NCBI GenBank assembly: GCA_050287085.1
Contig: JBNKBE010000002.1
Coordinates: 32,001 to 96,000, forward strand
DNA length: 64,000 nt
DNA from: Polyangiaceae bacterium
Lineage (GTDB): Bacteria > Myxococcota_A > Polyangia > Polyangiales > Polyangiaceae
Direction: 5' to 3'
Within the stretch, counting starts at the first letter, position 1. The number at the start of each line of letters is the position of its first letter. This document shows, one piece after another, positions 63,047 through 64,000 of the stretch. The position numbers and the translations under genes are program-made. Under the pieces are notes generated by a model, which saw nothing but the letters and a program-made list of their open reading frames with translations, did no database searches and was not told where the DNA came from.

Positions 63047-64000
63047 TGTTTAGAGGTCGGGTTCGAAGAGTCCATTTTATCGGCGTGGGCGGCATTGGCA
63101 TGAGTGGCCTGGCCGAGATCTTGAACAACATGGACTTCGAGGTCAGCGGCTCCGACCTGCGCGAGGGGGAGATCACGCGCAGATTGCAGCGCCTGGGCGT
63201 CATCGTTCACGTGGGGCATCGCAGTCAGAACGTCGAGGGTGCGAACGTGGTCGTCTATTCGAGCGCGATCGATCCCACCAACCCCGAGATCATTGAAGCG
63301 GAGCGCCTCGGAACACCCGTTATCAGTCGCGCCGAGATGCTGGCCGAACTGATGCGGGTGAAATATGGGGTAGCGCTGGCCGGCTCTCACGGCAAGACGA
63401 CAACAACCAGTCTGGTCGCCACCGTGCTGCGCGCTGCAGGCCTTGATCCTACTGTGGTCGTCGGCGGGCGGATGGCGGCTCTGGGGAGCAACGCCAAACT
63501 CGGTACGGGAGATTTGCTGGTCGCAGAGGCAGACGAGTCTGACGGGTCATTCTTGCGGCTGACCCCAACCGTTGCGGCCATCACCAACATAGACCCCGAG
63601 CACCTGGACCACTACGGCTCCTTTGGAGCCCTAAAAGATGCCTTTGTTGCGTTTGCGGAGCGCGTTCCCTTCTACGGACTGGCCGTGTTGTGTTTGGATC
63701 ACCCCACGGTACAAGAGATCTTGCCTCGTATTAAGCGTCGACACGTCACCTACGGCATGAATCCGCAGGCTGACTATGCGGCGCGCAGCGTTCGCTTCTA
63801 CGGACTTCAAACGACGTTTGAGGTATTGGCTCACGGCCGTCCGCTTGGTGAGTTCACCGTTCGCATGCCCGGGCAGCATAACGTTCTCAACACTCTTGCT
63901 GCGATTGCTATCGCTGACGAGTTGGAAGTGCCGCTGGACGTCATGAAAGACGCTCTGGCTACTTTCGGTGGGGTGGCTCGCCGCTTCACGATAGCAGCCC
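63046..64000 (+). CDS. murC: UDP-MurNAc--L-Ala ligase (3'-truncated by the window end)
   Basis: Read directly from the sequence: MFRGRVRRVHFIGVGGIGMSGLAE...GSHGKTTTT...EADESDGSF. Confidence 0.96.
   Translation, partial: MFRGRVRRVHFIGVGGIGMSGLAEILNNMDFEVSGSDLREGEITRRLQRLGVIVHVGHRSQNVEGANVVVYSSAIDPTNPEIIEAERLGTPVISRAEMLAELMRVKYGVALAGSHGKTTTTSLVATVLRAAGLDPTVVVGGRMAALGSNAKLGTGDLLVAEADESDGSFLRLTPTVAAITNIDPEHLDHYGSFGALKDAFVAFAERVPFYGLAVLCLDHPTVQEILPRIKRRHVTYGMNPQADYAARSVRFYGLQTTFEVLAHGRPLGEFTVRMPGQHNVLNTLAAIAIADELEVPLDVMKDALATFGGVARRFTIAA

Overview
GC-rich bacterial chromosomal window. It is most likely Myxococcota (Polyangiaceae-like), inferred from a MYXO-CTERM protein, Cys-rich lipoproteins, a Ser/Thr kinase-TPR module and DUF4388/roadblock-like genes. 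Housekeeping content includes the 3' end of a GlnRS-YqeY fusion, mscS, tRNA-Arg(CCT), purL, hemB, thiE, holB, uvrC, tamA/tamB, rsmE and the dcw cluster (mraZ-rsmH-ftsL-ftsI-murE-murF-mraY-murD-ftsW-murG-murC, truncated at the window end). No transposase, integrase, prophage or CRISPR array was seen. The most unusual signals are: (1) a ~780 nt non-coding stretch (32.09-32.87 kb) packed with hairpins, with an 11-bp long-range helix and G-U wobbles that favour a + strand RNA, matching no RNA family I recognise; (2) a second ~370 nt hairpin-dense stretch beside tRNA-Arg; (3) a PstB-derived ABC ATPase fused to a CX5R phosphatase, with no transporter genes, clustered with roadblock-like and DUF4388/PATAN-like genes; (4) a Pho-box promoter on an orphan phoB-like gene and several apparently leaderless genes. 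All calls come from reading the sequence and translations by eye; no searches or folding were run.
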